Shown one piece after another: positions 30,649 through 43,400 of a stretch of 64,000 nucleotides of DNA (position 1 is its first letter; each line of letters begins with the position of its first letter). Below the pieces are notes generated by a model, which saw nothing but the letters and a program-made list of their open reading frames with translations, had not been told where the DNA came from and did no database searches. This stretch comes from Polyangia bacterium. GTDB lineage: Bacteria > Myxococcota_A > Polyangia > JAAYKL01. A program made the translations under genes and the position numbers. The stretch lies in contig JBNKCR010000012.1 in the NCBI GenBank assembly GCA_050287845.1, forward strand, positions 38,124 through 102,123. Reading direction: 5' to 3'.

Positions 30649-31656
30649 TTACAGTGATACTTTTCCCTTGTGCAGCCGCACAGCCATCTGGATGGCGATT
30701 TTCATGGCGCTGGCGTCGGCGATTTGCTTTCGGGCGATTTCATAGGCGGTGCCGTGGTCCGGGCTGGTTCGAACAAAGGGCAGTCCGGCGGTGACGTTGG
30801 TGGCGCCGCCAAAACCACTCAGTTTCAGCGGAATCAGCGCCTGGTCGTGGTATGCGGCAATTACGCCGTCGTATTTGCCGGCAAAGGCATCCCGGTACAC
30901 TGCATCCGCCGGGATGGGCCCCAGAATCTGCGCGCCATTCAGGCCGTTGCTGCGTTTGCAGAAGGGTTCAATGAACTCGATTTCTTCTTTGCCCAGCAGG
31001 CCCCCTTCTCCGGCATGGGGATTGAGTCCGGCAACGGCAATTCGCGGTGCGGTTTTGCCAGTATTCTGTTTCACCGTTTCAATCACATGTCTCAGGGTCC
31101 GACTGTAGCGCTTTTCATTGATGGTTTCGGGAATCCCTGCCAGGGGCACATGGGTGGAGATCAGGCCCACCACCAGTCTGGGCGTGGCGAATACCATGGT
31201 GACATCGTCTTTGGCCAGGTGACTGCGCTCGGCAAGGTACTCGGTATGCCCGGTGAATCCCGGCGCAATCCGCGCCACAACTTCCTTGGAAACCGGTGCG
31301 GTCACCAGGGCATCGCAATGGTTGTGTTCAATGGCGGTCACCGCTTCGGCGAGTGCGTTCAACTGGGCGTGGGCGCTGTCGTCCCCCGGTGATGTGATTG
31401 GGATGGCCGGGGATGAAATCCCGGCCGTGACATTGACAAACTGCATCTGATTATCGGCAACCCGTCCGGTAACCGAGTCGGTCACCATGAAGTCGGCGAC
31501 AGAGTGTTTCATCAGTTCGCAGACCGCTTCGAATGACGCCCAATGCCCGAAGATGGTCGGGATGCAGATGTCTTTCACGGCTTCAAGGCAGGCTACAATG
31601 ATTTCCGGACCGATGCCGGCCGGGTCTCCCATGGATATGGCAAGTTTCGGTTTCAT
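30649..31656 (-). CDS. pdxA: 4-hydroxythreonine-4-phosphate dehydrogenase
   Basis: MGDPAGIGPEI, GHTEYLA, GLNPHAGE, YHDQALIPLK, RTSPDHGTA. Confidence 0.95.
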   Translation of the reverse strand: MKPKLAISMGDPAGIGPEIIVACLEAVKDICIPTIFGHWASFEAVCELMKHSVADFMVTDSVTGRVADNQMQFVNVTAGISSPAIPITSPGDDSAHAQLNALAEAVTAIEHNHCDALVTAPVSKEVVARIAPGFTGHTEYLAERSHLAKDDVTMVFATPRLVVGLISTHVPLAGIPETINEKRYSRTLRHVIETVKQNTGKTAPRIAVAGLNPHAGEGGLLGKEEIEFIEPFCKRSNGLNGAQILGPIPADAVYRDAFAGKYDGVIAAYHDQALIPLKLSGFGGATNVTAGLPFVRTSPDHGTAYEIARKQIADASAMKIAIQMAVRLHKGKVSL

Positions 31657-32087
31657 GGACGTGGTCTATAACGCGTTTGCCGGGATTTTTCGACGAAAAA
31701 TTGGTGAATGCGGGATTTGTCGTTGGGGGCGAACGCGACATTAATTGCTTTGGCCTGGTTGGGCATTGTCAGTGTCAGCACCGATTGAGTGACTGGGCGG
31801 AGTCGGGGAGCGGTGACAAAAAATCGTCTGGAGTAGCATTTTTTTGTCGTCATTCCCGCGCTGTCTGCTATCAGAACAGTCAGGCGGAAAAGAAACAGAT
31901 TTGGGACTCTTTTTGGCTGGGCGAACAGAAAACCACATATGACGGTACGCGAAAAGAATGGCTCATGTGTTTTATTAAGTACCGATTGGGAGCGGGAAAT
32001 GTTATGATTGAAAGGTGCATATCAGATGAACGCTGGGTTGGCCACGTGCTGAGTGCATCTTAAAAGATCAAATTCAGTCAAGTACTT

Positions 32088-33902
32088 ATGAAGTGGTTAT
32101 TTCACATACCTGAAGATGGCGGGGTTGCTGCCGGAACACAATTGACGATACAGGCGAAAAGCTGGTTTTCGGCTCTGAATTACGGCCTTGATGCTCTGGG
32201 GGCCAAAATGGCGGGAAACATTTCGTGCATGCCTGCGGGGAATGGCGCTGTTGAGGTTCGGGACTATCTGTCGGGACGGGTTTTTTATCTGCATCCGTTT
32301 GACGATGTCCCGGCGAACCGGAAGGACGCTTGGCTGTCAACCCATATCGAGCTGTTTGGCGGGACGGACCGACAGGGGAAGGATGGCGCTGTGTCTGTGT
32401 GTGAGCGCTTCATCGCAGTGCCGCCCGAGATGTCGCCGGCAGAATGTCGCGACATTGCCAGGGCGGTCCTCGACGCCCATGCGGCGGATGTCACCGGAAA
32501 ACAACTGGACAAAAAAGAGTTTAATGATGATCAATTTATAATAAAGGTTGCCGTGTACGATCACCGGTTCACCAAACGACCCCGCAAACCGGCGCTGGTA
32601 TTGATGGAGTGGCGGTTGTGGGATGCAAATCGCTGTTTTGTGACGTATCCATTGACCGGCGACCCGGCGGAAATTCTGCACGGCGACGAAATGCCGGCCG
32701 AGTCAATGGGGATGGCGGAAGCGACTTCTGCTGTGGCAGCGAATCCGAAGCTGGCCGGGAAAATCGGCAAGTTGGGGAATCCGCCGTCACCGGTATCCCG
32801 GGGAGGCAATGAGCAGGCGAGGGAACAGAAAAAATCTCTCGATGTTAACCCTGAGCTGAATCAGACGAATGGAGTGAATCAGTTGGCAAACTCAAGTAAA
32901 GGCTATGCATTGAAAAATGATGATGCCGATCTGCGTGACAATGTGTCCGCAGCGGCCGGGGTGGACGGTGGCGTCCTGTGGGCGTTTGAGCAGTTACAAC
33001 AGATGTACGCAATCAAGAGCCACGACAAAGCGGCGGAATTCATTCGCGACACCGTGTTGGCGGCCATCCCCTCTGAAGCTTGCGCTGTTCTTCTGAACAG
33101 CCCCGGCCGGGACGAATTGTATCTGGCGGCAGAGCAGGGGTTTTCGGACGTGACTCTGAACGGGGTGCGTATTCCCACCATCGGGGGGATTGCCGGTGCC
33201 ACCATTTGTTTGGGGGCTGTGGTTCGGGTGATTGATCCCGGGGACGAACGTATGAATCCGGATTTGGATTTACGCGGAAATTTTGATGTGCGTACGATGC
33301 TGCTGGCCCCCATGGCTTATGAAGGGCACAATTTCGGAATTATTGAGCTTTTCAATCGGCAAGCGGAGGCATCTTTCACGGAAGAAGATGGCAATATTCT
33401 TTCGTATGTGGCCGGGGCATTTGCGGAGTATGTGTGTAATTCTCTACCGAGCCGGGAGGCGGAGTTCAGCGATCGGGAGTTTGACGGCATCGATACGGGA
33501 TCCGGGACATCTCCCCGGTCCACAGGACGTCGCAGGTCTATTCTGCCAAAAATATCGTTGGGAAGTGGGGCTGGGAAGGGATCGCAGACATCGGCGGGAA
33601 AAAAAGTGGTGGACGCCCCGAAGAAAGCCTCAAAGCATTCCAGTCCCAAAAAAAATAAAGATGCCAATAAAAAGGCGGCAACGCCACGTGCCGCAACGAC
33701 ATCCGGCGCCGCGTCACTGGACAGCAAGCCGTCGAAGGCGCCGTCTGAAAAGTCATCGGAATCCAAACCCGTTCGGAAGAAGACCTCCGCAGAGCAGATT
33801 GCCCGCTCACATTCCAAAAGCGATGCCGCGTCGTCGAAATTGAATGCCTCGGCAGACCGGACCAAATCATCGAAGAAGAAACGGAAGCGCCAGAAACGGT
33901 AA
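32088..33902 (+). CDS. GAF domain protein with Lys/Ser-rich disordered tail
   Basis: GAF motifs GIAG...RTMLLAPM...GIIELFNR...FTEED; basic low-complexity C-terminus; no output enzyme domain recognised. Confidence 0.75.
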   Translation: MKWLFHIPEDGGVAAGTQLTIQAKSWFSALNYGLDALGAKMAGNISCMPAGNGAVEVRDYLSGRVFYLHPFDDVPANRKDAWLSTHIELFGGTDRQGKDGAVSVCERFIAVPPEMSPAECRDIARAVLDAHAADVTGKQLDKKEFNDDQFIIKVAVYDHRFTKRPRKPALVLMEWRLWDANRCFVTYPLTGDPAEILHGDEMPAESMGMAEATSAVAANPKLAGKIGKLGNPPSPVSRGGNEQAREQKKSLDVNPELNQTNGVNQLANSSKGYALKNDDADLRDNVSAAAGVDGGVLWAFEQLQQMYAIKSHDKAAEFIRDTVLAAIPSEACAVLLNSPGRDELYLAAEQGFSDVTLNGVRIPTIGGIAGATICLGAVVRVIDPGDERMNPDLDLRGNFDVRTMLLAPMAYEGHNFGIIELFNRQAEASFTEEDGNILSYVAGAFAEYVCNSLPSREAEFSDREFDGIDTGSGTSPRSTGRRRSILPKISLGSGAGKGSQTSAGKKVVDAPKKASKHSSPKKNKDANKKAATPRAATTSGAASLDSKPSKAPSEKSSESKPVRKKTSAEQIARSHSKSDAASSKLNASADRTKSSKKKRKRQKR

Positions 33903-34146
33903 AAAAAACGACAATTTTGTGCTTTTTTCTGCCTGCGATGTGTTCAGCTTATCAATGGATGAAAAGAATTTCTCATGGCGGTAAAAAAAAAGGAAATTTT
34001 AGGTACATTGAAACTGTTTCCCGCAGTAGTCTCTTGACGCTCCAGAATCATCCTGATAAATAACTCCCCGAGTTTTTTGAAATTTTTGATAATCGAACAG
34101 ATAGTTATGCTGCTCCTCTTAGAGTCTGTTTGGAGGCTTTGATATC

Positions 34147-34611
34147 ATGTGTTTATCTCTTCTCAGTATCGCGTCCGGTGGTTCCCTCGTTGATTTGGAT
34201 GGCACTTTTTTTATCCAGATGGGCATCTTTTTTGTGATGTTCATATTCCTGCATTTCGCGTTGTTCAGGCCGGTGATGCGAATGATCGCCGCGCGCAGGG
34301 AGGCCACCGAGGGGACGACCGAAAAAGCCCACCGCATGAAAGAAGAAGCGGAAAAGCTGGGCAGGGACGTGGCAGACAAAATGCGGGAGGTTCGCGCCAT
34401 GGCAGCCGATGAGCGAAATCGCATTGTTGAGGATGCGCGGGACCGGGAACGTGAAATTCTTGGCGCCGCCCAGGAAGCGGTTCGTCAGAGTATGACCTCT
34501 GCCCGTGAGCGGATGCAAACAAATGCGAAAAGTGTCAAAGAAAAGTTGACCGGTGAGTTGGGCCAGCTGGCGGACGCTGTCGCGTCGCGAATTACGGGCC
34601 GCGTGAGCTGA
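34147..34611 (+). CDS. atpF2: ATP synthase F0 subunit b'
   Basis: N-terminal TM (DGTFFIQMGIFF...LFRPV) plus coiled coil; first gene of the atp operon; GGAGG RBS. Confidence 0.85.
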   Translation: MCLSLLSIASGGSLVDLDGTFFIQMGIFFVMFIFLHFALFRPVMRMIAARREATEGTTEKAHRMKEEAEKLGRDVADKMREVRAMAADERNRIVEDARDREREILGAAQEAVRQSMTSARERMQTNAKSVKEKLTGELGQLADAVASRITGRVS

Positions 34612-34621
34612 AAAGGGGGGA

Positions 34622-35293
34622 ATGGTGACCGCATTGAGAATGTTTTTAATTGTTGCAATGTTGGGAGTGATGTTCTCCCTGAATGGGTACGCGAGTGACG
34701 AATCTGCGGAACAGGCGGCCTCGTCGGAACATGTGGCGCACGGGGAGACGGCGCATGCAGGGCATGGCAGCGGTACCCTCAACTGGATGAATCTGTCTCA
34801 TGAGGAGACACCGCCACTTATTCCAATGTTTCTGAATTTCATTGTGGTGGCGTTTCTTGTGTATTTTCTATTGCGCAAGGGATTGGGGGCAAAAATCCGC
34901 AATCGGAAAACGGAACTTGAAACGGCCCTTGCGCAAGCCAATGCCTTGAAACAGGAGGCAGAGGAAGCCATGGCAGTTGTCCGGGCACGCAGCGAAGCAA
35001 TGGACACTGAGCTTGAGAAAATTCGACGCGAGATACTTGATGCAGCCAGAGCACAGGCGCAGCAGATTGAAAAGGACGCGCAAATCCGCGCCGATCGATT
35101 GCGCGTTGAATCCGAAGCACTGGTCGCTCAGGAAATTTCCATGATGGCCACGCAGATTCGCAATGAAGTGGTTGAGGAGATTGTTGCACTTGCAGAAAAG
35201 CAGATTGTGGAGAAACTCACCGCAGCGGATCAGGAAAAACTCGCAAAAGAGTATGTGACATCGGTGATGTCGACAGTCCAGTCGGGGAAGTAG
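34622..35293 (+). CDS. atpF: ATP synthase F0 subunit b
   Basis: His-rich N-terminal extension, TM FLNFIVVAFLVYFLL, coiled coil; operon position. Confidence 0.85.
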   Translation: MVTALRMFLIVAMLGVMFSLNGYASDESAEQAASSEHVAHGETAHAGHGSGTLNWMNLSHEETPPLIPMFLNFIVVAFLVYFLLRKGLGAKIRNRKTELETALAQANALKQEAEEAMAVVRARSEAMDTELEKIRREILDAARAQAQQIEKDAQIRADRLRVESEALVAQEISMMATQIRNEVVEEIVALAEKQIVEKLTAADQEKLAKEYVTSVMSTVQSGK

Positions 35294-35302
35294 AGGTGTT
35301 CC

Positions 35303-35845
35303 ATGAGTACCGGTAGTATTGCACGCAGATGGGCCAAGGCATTGTATTTGATTGCCGAACAGGACAACGGGCTGCTGGTTATTTCCAGAGAAATTGAGCG
35401 GGTCGCAGACACGTGGAAATCCAGTGATGAACTGCAGACGGCGATAACAAATCCCATGCTGGACAGTCAGGTTCGCATGGCGATTTTTAACGAAGTGATT
35501 TCTCGCCTGGCGCTTTCTAAAACCACGGAGAATTGTCTCCGGTTGATGTATGAGAAAAAACGCATCGGCGAAATCGAAGGGGTAGCCCGTGAGTTTCAGC
35601 GACTTGCCGACGCCAGGGAAAATCGAATCCGCGCGGAAGTAATCAGTGCGGCGCCAGTGGCCGATACGGTTGTGGCCAGTATTCAGGCCGCCATTGAGGC
35701 AGCGACGCGCAAGAAGGTACTGGTCACCAGACGCGAGGATCAGTCGCTGATTGGCGGTATTGTAACCAGGGTTGGTGATCTGATGTATGATGGCTCCATC
35801 AAATCTCAACTTAACAGAATAAAAGAGGGCATGCTGAACGGCTAG
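35303..35845 (+). CDS. atpH: ATP synthase F1 delta
   Basis: IARRWAKAL; DQSLIGGIVTRVGDLMYDGSIKSQL. Confidence 0.93.
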   Translation: MSTGSIARRWAKALYLIAEQDNGLLVISREIERVADTWKSSDELQTAITNPMLDSQVRMAIFNEVISRLALSKTTENCLRLMYEKKRIGEIEGVAREFQRLADARENRIRAEVISAAPVADTVVASIQAAIEAATRKKVLVTRREDQSLIGGIVTRVGDLMYDGSIKSQLNRIKEGMLNG

Positions 35846-35898
35846 TCGTTTATTGACATTCCTCATCACGGTGCGTGACGCGCACATTACTTGGGTGA

Positions 35899-37416
<1,518 letters not shown>

Positions 37417-37432
37417 ACGGAAAAGAATAGTT

Positions 37433-38302
37433 ATGGCAAATCTCAAAGAGATACGACGACGCATCATCAGCGTTCAGGGAACCCAGAAAATTACCCGTGC
37501 CATGAAAATGGTGGCTGCCGCGAAGCTTCGTAAAGCGCAGGACCATGCGGAAAATTTCAGGGATTATTCCCGGTTGACGTCTGATGTGCTGGCCGAGGTT
37601 GCTGCGGATGCTGAGCCGGATTCCCATCCGCTGCTCAAGCGCCGGGTCGCCAAATCGGAACTGGTTCTGGTGATTTCATCTGATCGGGGACTGTGCGGAG
37701 GATTCAACAGTAATTTGAATCGCATGGTGCTGGAGAAACTGAAAAAAGATGAGATTTCTGTTGAACTGGCAGTGGTCGGCAAGAAGGCGAAGGGATATTT
37801 TGAACATCGAAATATTGCGATTCAGCGGATGTACAATGATGTTCTGGAGCAGCTGAATTACGAACAGGCGGTAAAGATTGCTGCGGAGCTTGCAGCCCTT
37901 TACGAGCAGGGCAAGTACGACCGGATTTCTCTGGCGTACAATGAAATGGTTTCCGTGGTGTCTCAGGTGCCGGCTGTGCGGCAGCTGTTGCCGGTTGCAT
38001 TGCCCGAAAAGAAAGATACCGGCGCCGGAGAAATCGGTCCTGCCGGGTTTGTATTCGAGCCGAATCAGAAGGCATTACTGGCCACGTTGCTTCCCAGTTA
38101 TGTGGAAGTGAAAGTGTTTGGCGCCCTTCTGGAATCGGTGGCAGCAGAGCATGCGGCGCGAATGAGCGCCATGGAGACGGCAACCAATAATGCGCAGGAT
38201 ATGATTGACAGTTTGACGTTGGTGTACAACCGGGCCAGACAGTCTGCAATTACTAACGAACTGATGGATATCGTGGGCGGCGCTGAGGCGCTTAACGACT
38301 AA
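37433..38302 (+). CDS. atpG: ATP synthase F1 gamma
   Basis: TQKITRAMKMVAAAK, SDRGLCGGFN, RARQSAITNEL. Confidence 0.98.
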   Translation: MANLKEIRRRIISVQGTQKITRAMKMVAAAKLRKAQDHAENFRDYSRLTSDVLAEVAADAEPDSHPLLKRRVAKSELVLVISSDRGLCGGFNSNLNRMVLEKLKKDEISVELAVVGKKAKGYFEHRNIAIQRMYNDVLEQLNYEQAVKIAAELAALYEQGKYDRISLAYNEMVSVVSQVPAVRQLLPVALPEKKDTGAGEIGPAGFVFEPNQKALLATLLPSYVEVKVFGALLESVAAEHAARMSAMETATNNAQDMIDSLTLVYNRARQSAITNELMDIVGGAEALND

Positions 38303-39766
<1,464 letters not shown>

Positions 39767-39771
39767 ATTGA

Positions 39772-40182
39772 ATGAACACTGACCTGAGATTACGAGTGGT
39801 GACCCCATCCGGACCGGTGGTTGATATTTCGGCCTCGTCGATTACCGCCTGTTCTGACGTGGGTGAATTCTGCGTCCTTCCGGAGCACCGGCCGATTCTG
39901 GCAGCGCTGAAACCGGGAAGGTTCATGTTTGAATCCGGAGGCGAAAACAGGATATACGTAATGGATGTAGGCTTTTTCGAAGGGGGAATGGATCATGCCA
40001 ACGTGATGACCCAGCATTGTGTGCCCCTTTCGACTGTGCTGTCCATGGTGGACGATCTCCGACAGGAACGGGATGAGCTGAACAGTGAGCTTGCAGCCCT
40101 GGAAGACGACAGCCCGGCCAGAACGACTCTGACTTCCCGGCTTCAATGGGTTGAAGCACAGCTGACTGTGGCGCAGCAGTAA
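39772..40182 (+). CDS. atpC: ATP synthase F1 epsilon
   Basis: LRVVTPSG, GEFCVLPEHRP, GFFE; operon position. Confidence 0.9.
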   Translation: MNTDLRLRVVTPSGPVVDISASSITACSDVGEFCVLPEHRPILAALKPGRFMFESGGENRIYVMDVGFFEGGMDHANVMTQHCVPLSTVLSMVDDLRQERDELNSELAALEDDSPARTTLTSRLQWVEAQLTVAQQ

Positions 40183-40459
40183 CTGGTCCACCCGCACTGC
40201 TTTTTCAATCTATTCATTTGCCGTTTCCACGTTCTTTGTGCTCGCAAATAATCGCAATATGTTTTATGTTTCCCCAGACAGGCGACCGGTGCGTTGAGCC
40301 GGAAATACAGTTCTTTATACGTTGAAGAATATCACTTTCGGAAAATCGGTTTACTGTAGTCCTCTAACTTTACTGGTGGGGGGCAAAGCAAGCGGTACGG
40401 GATTCCAACCTGACTGCTGCACTATGGCGGTACGATGTATGGCAACCGGGAGTAGCGGA

Positions 40460-43400
40460 ATGCGAGTATTTAGTCTTATGAGTTATCTACAGATTCAGAC
40501 GATTCAGGCCCTATGTTTCAGAAAAAATAAGTCATGTATGTCTCCGATTGCTCTGGGACTGCTGGGAATATTGGCGGTCGGTACAGGTATCACCGGCTGC
40601 AGTACTTCAATGGTGGAGCCGGGAAATTATCTGCCGGATTCAGATTCAATAGCGGAGCAGGGTACCGACACCTCCACGGATATGGATTCGAGCAGTGAGT
40701 CGGAGGAGGTGGTGAACTGCGAGGATGTGGATCCATGCACGGAACATGGTCGCTGCGTGGTGTCGGATGGCGAATCCCGCTGTGAATGCGATACGGGATG
40801 GGACGGTGAGATTTGTGATGATTGTGCTGCTGGCTGGCATTTGCGGGGAGAAAACTGCGTTCTCGATGAGCAATGTCTCTCCACCAGCTGTGCGTTCCAT
40901 GAGGTGGATGGCGGATGTTCTGTGGACGATGGCGTGGTGGAATGCAACTGTGAAGGAAAATGGGATGCAGACAATCATTGTGCCACTTGTCTTCCCGGGT
41001 ATCACGAAAAAGACGATGAGTGTGTCACGGATGAGTACTGCGTTGATGGCAGCAAACCGTGTGAACATCATGGTGTGTGCTCCGAAGAGGCCGGAAGTAT
41101 CATATGCGACTGTTCCAGAGCCGGGAGTTCGGCGGCGGATGGTCGGAACTGGGAAGGGGAGTACTGCGAAATCTGTCCGGAAGGCTATCATGTGGATGGC
41201 GACAATTGCATTCAGAACGAGTCCTGCGAAGATGACGCGTGTGGCAGCAATGGCCATTGCGTGATTGTGGTGTCAGGCACCGCCGCCTGCGTCTGTGATT
41301 CGGGTTGGGTTCAGGAGGACGACAACGACGACTACAGTGCCTGTACGGAATGCGCCACCGGGTACAGTCATCCCGATGGGGACAGTTCTCAGTGTGTGCC
41401 GGATGCGGTGTGCGATAACGATACCTGTGGAGACGGTACCTGTCATACGTATACGAATGGGGGGATTTACTGTACCTGTCCAACGGATTCCAATCTCGAC
41501 CCGGAACAGTATTGCGGGGCATGCCTGACCGGATTTCATTTTGTTTCGGGAACCGGGTGCGTGGCAGATGCGGTCACCTGCGCAGTATCAGATCCCTGTG
41601 GCGACCACGGAACCTGCGTCTACGCGGATGGCGTAAAGAGCTGTGACTGCGACCCGCTGTACGAAGGCGCGGTCTGCAATAGCTGTATCGATGGGTACCA
41701 GGACAATGATGACAATGGCGATTGCGCGCCGAACTGCGAGACCGCTCTGGCCAATGGATTGAATTGTTCCGGCAATGGCGCCTGCAGTGACAGTTCCGGT
41801 GTTGCCATCTGTGAGTGTACGGATCGATGGACGGGTGCATCGTGTGACGAGTGCCCCCAGGGAAATCATCTGAGTTCCGGTGAGTGCGTGGCCAATGAGG
41901 AGTGTCAATCGGACAGCTGCAACAGCCATGGCACCTGCACGGTGTCCTCGACCACGGGGCTGGTGGCGTGTGCGTGTGATGAAGGCTGGACCGATGACGG
42001 GGACAATTCATGTGCGGTGTGTGCGGCGGGATACCAGAATACGTACGATGCCGAAAGCTGTCAGCCCAGTTGTGCCACTGCGGTGGCTGCCGGATTAGCC
42101 TGTGGCGATCATGGGGACTGTGCATTGAACACCAGCACAGGAGAAGCATTCTGCGACTGCGATACCGGATATGCGGGGGACAACTGCACCATGTGCGATA
42201 CCGGGTTTCATCAGGAAGACACCCTCTGTATTGCGAACGATGCCAGCTGCGAGGTGAATGATCCCTGCGGCAGCCATGGAACATGTGTTTACAGCAACGG
42301 GCAGAAAAGTTGCGCGTGCGATCCGTTGTACAGTGGCGATACCTGTACCGTATGCGTTGATGGATATCAGGATAACGATGTGGATGGGGTTTGCATGCCT
42401 GATTGTACTACGGCCCGAACAAATGGTCTGGATTGCGGAGACAATGGGTACTGCATGATTACGGCCGGATTGGCCGGATGTCAGTGCGATACCGGATATG
42501 CGGGTGCGGATTGTGGCAGTTGTGCTTCAGGGTACCATCCGGATTACACACTGAATGAATGTGTCGCCAATGATGAGTGCACTCAGGACGGCGCCAACAG
42601 CAGCGATTGCTCGGGCAACGGCACATGTATTGATGTGACCGGAATTGTTGCCTGTGAATGCAACGATGGATGGGATGGCCTGCTGTGCGATGTCTGTGCA
42701 TCCGGATATCATTCGAGTGGCGGCGATTGCCTGGTCAATGACAGTTGTACTGAGCTCGGAGCCGGCAGTACGGATTGCAGCGGCAATGGTTCATGCGACG
42801 ACACTGGTGGCGTCGTGGTGTGTTCCTGTGATACGGGATGGACCGGAGCAAGCTGCAATGCATGCGCATCCGATTACCATCTGTCTGTTGGAGATTGCGT
42901 GCTCAATGAACAATGTACCGTGAACAGCTGCAGCGGGAATGGGAGCTGTACGGTGGTGGATGGTCTGGTCAGTTGCAGTTGCGCAGCCGGGTATACCGGC
43001 AGTTACTGCGATGCGTGCGCGACCAACTATCATATTGATTACATCACAGGAGATTGCGTTGCCGACGAAGCATGCACCCAGGATGGTGCGGGCAGTTCAG
43101 ATTGCAATGGCAATGGCTCGTGTAATGATGGCACGGGGATTGTCAGTTGTACCTGCGATGCGGGCTGGACCGGAACCACCTGCGATGTTTGCGCGGATGA
43201 CTATCATCTGTCGAGTGGAGACTGCATTCTCAATGATCAATGCCAGGCGAACAGTTGCAATGGACACGGTACCTGTTCCATCGTGAACGGTGTGCTGACC
43301 TGCAGCTGTACCGGTGGATTCACTGCCGCGTCATATTGTGCAGATTGCACCACTGGATTTCACGATGGCGGTGGCGTGTGTGTGCTGAACGAATCCTGCA

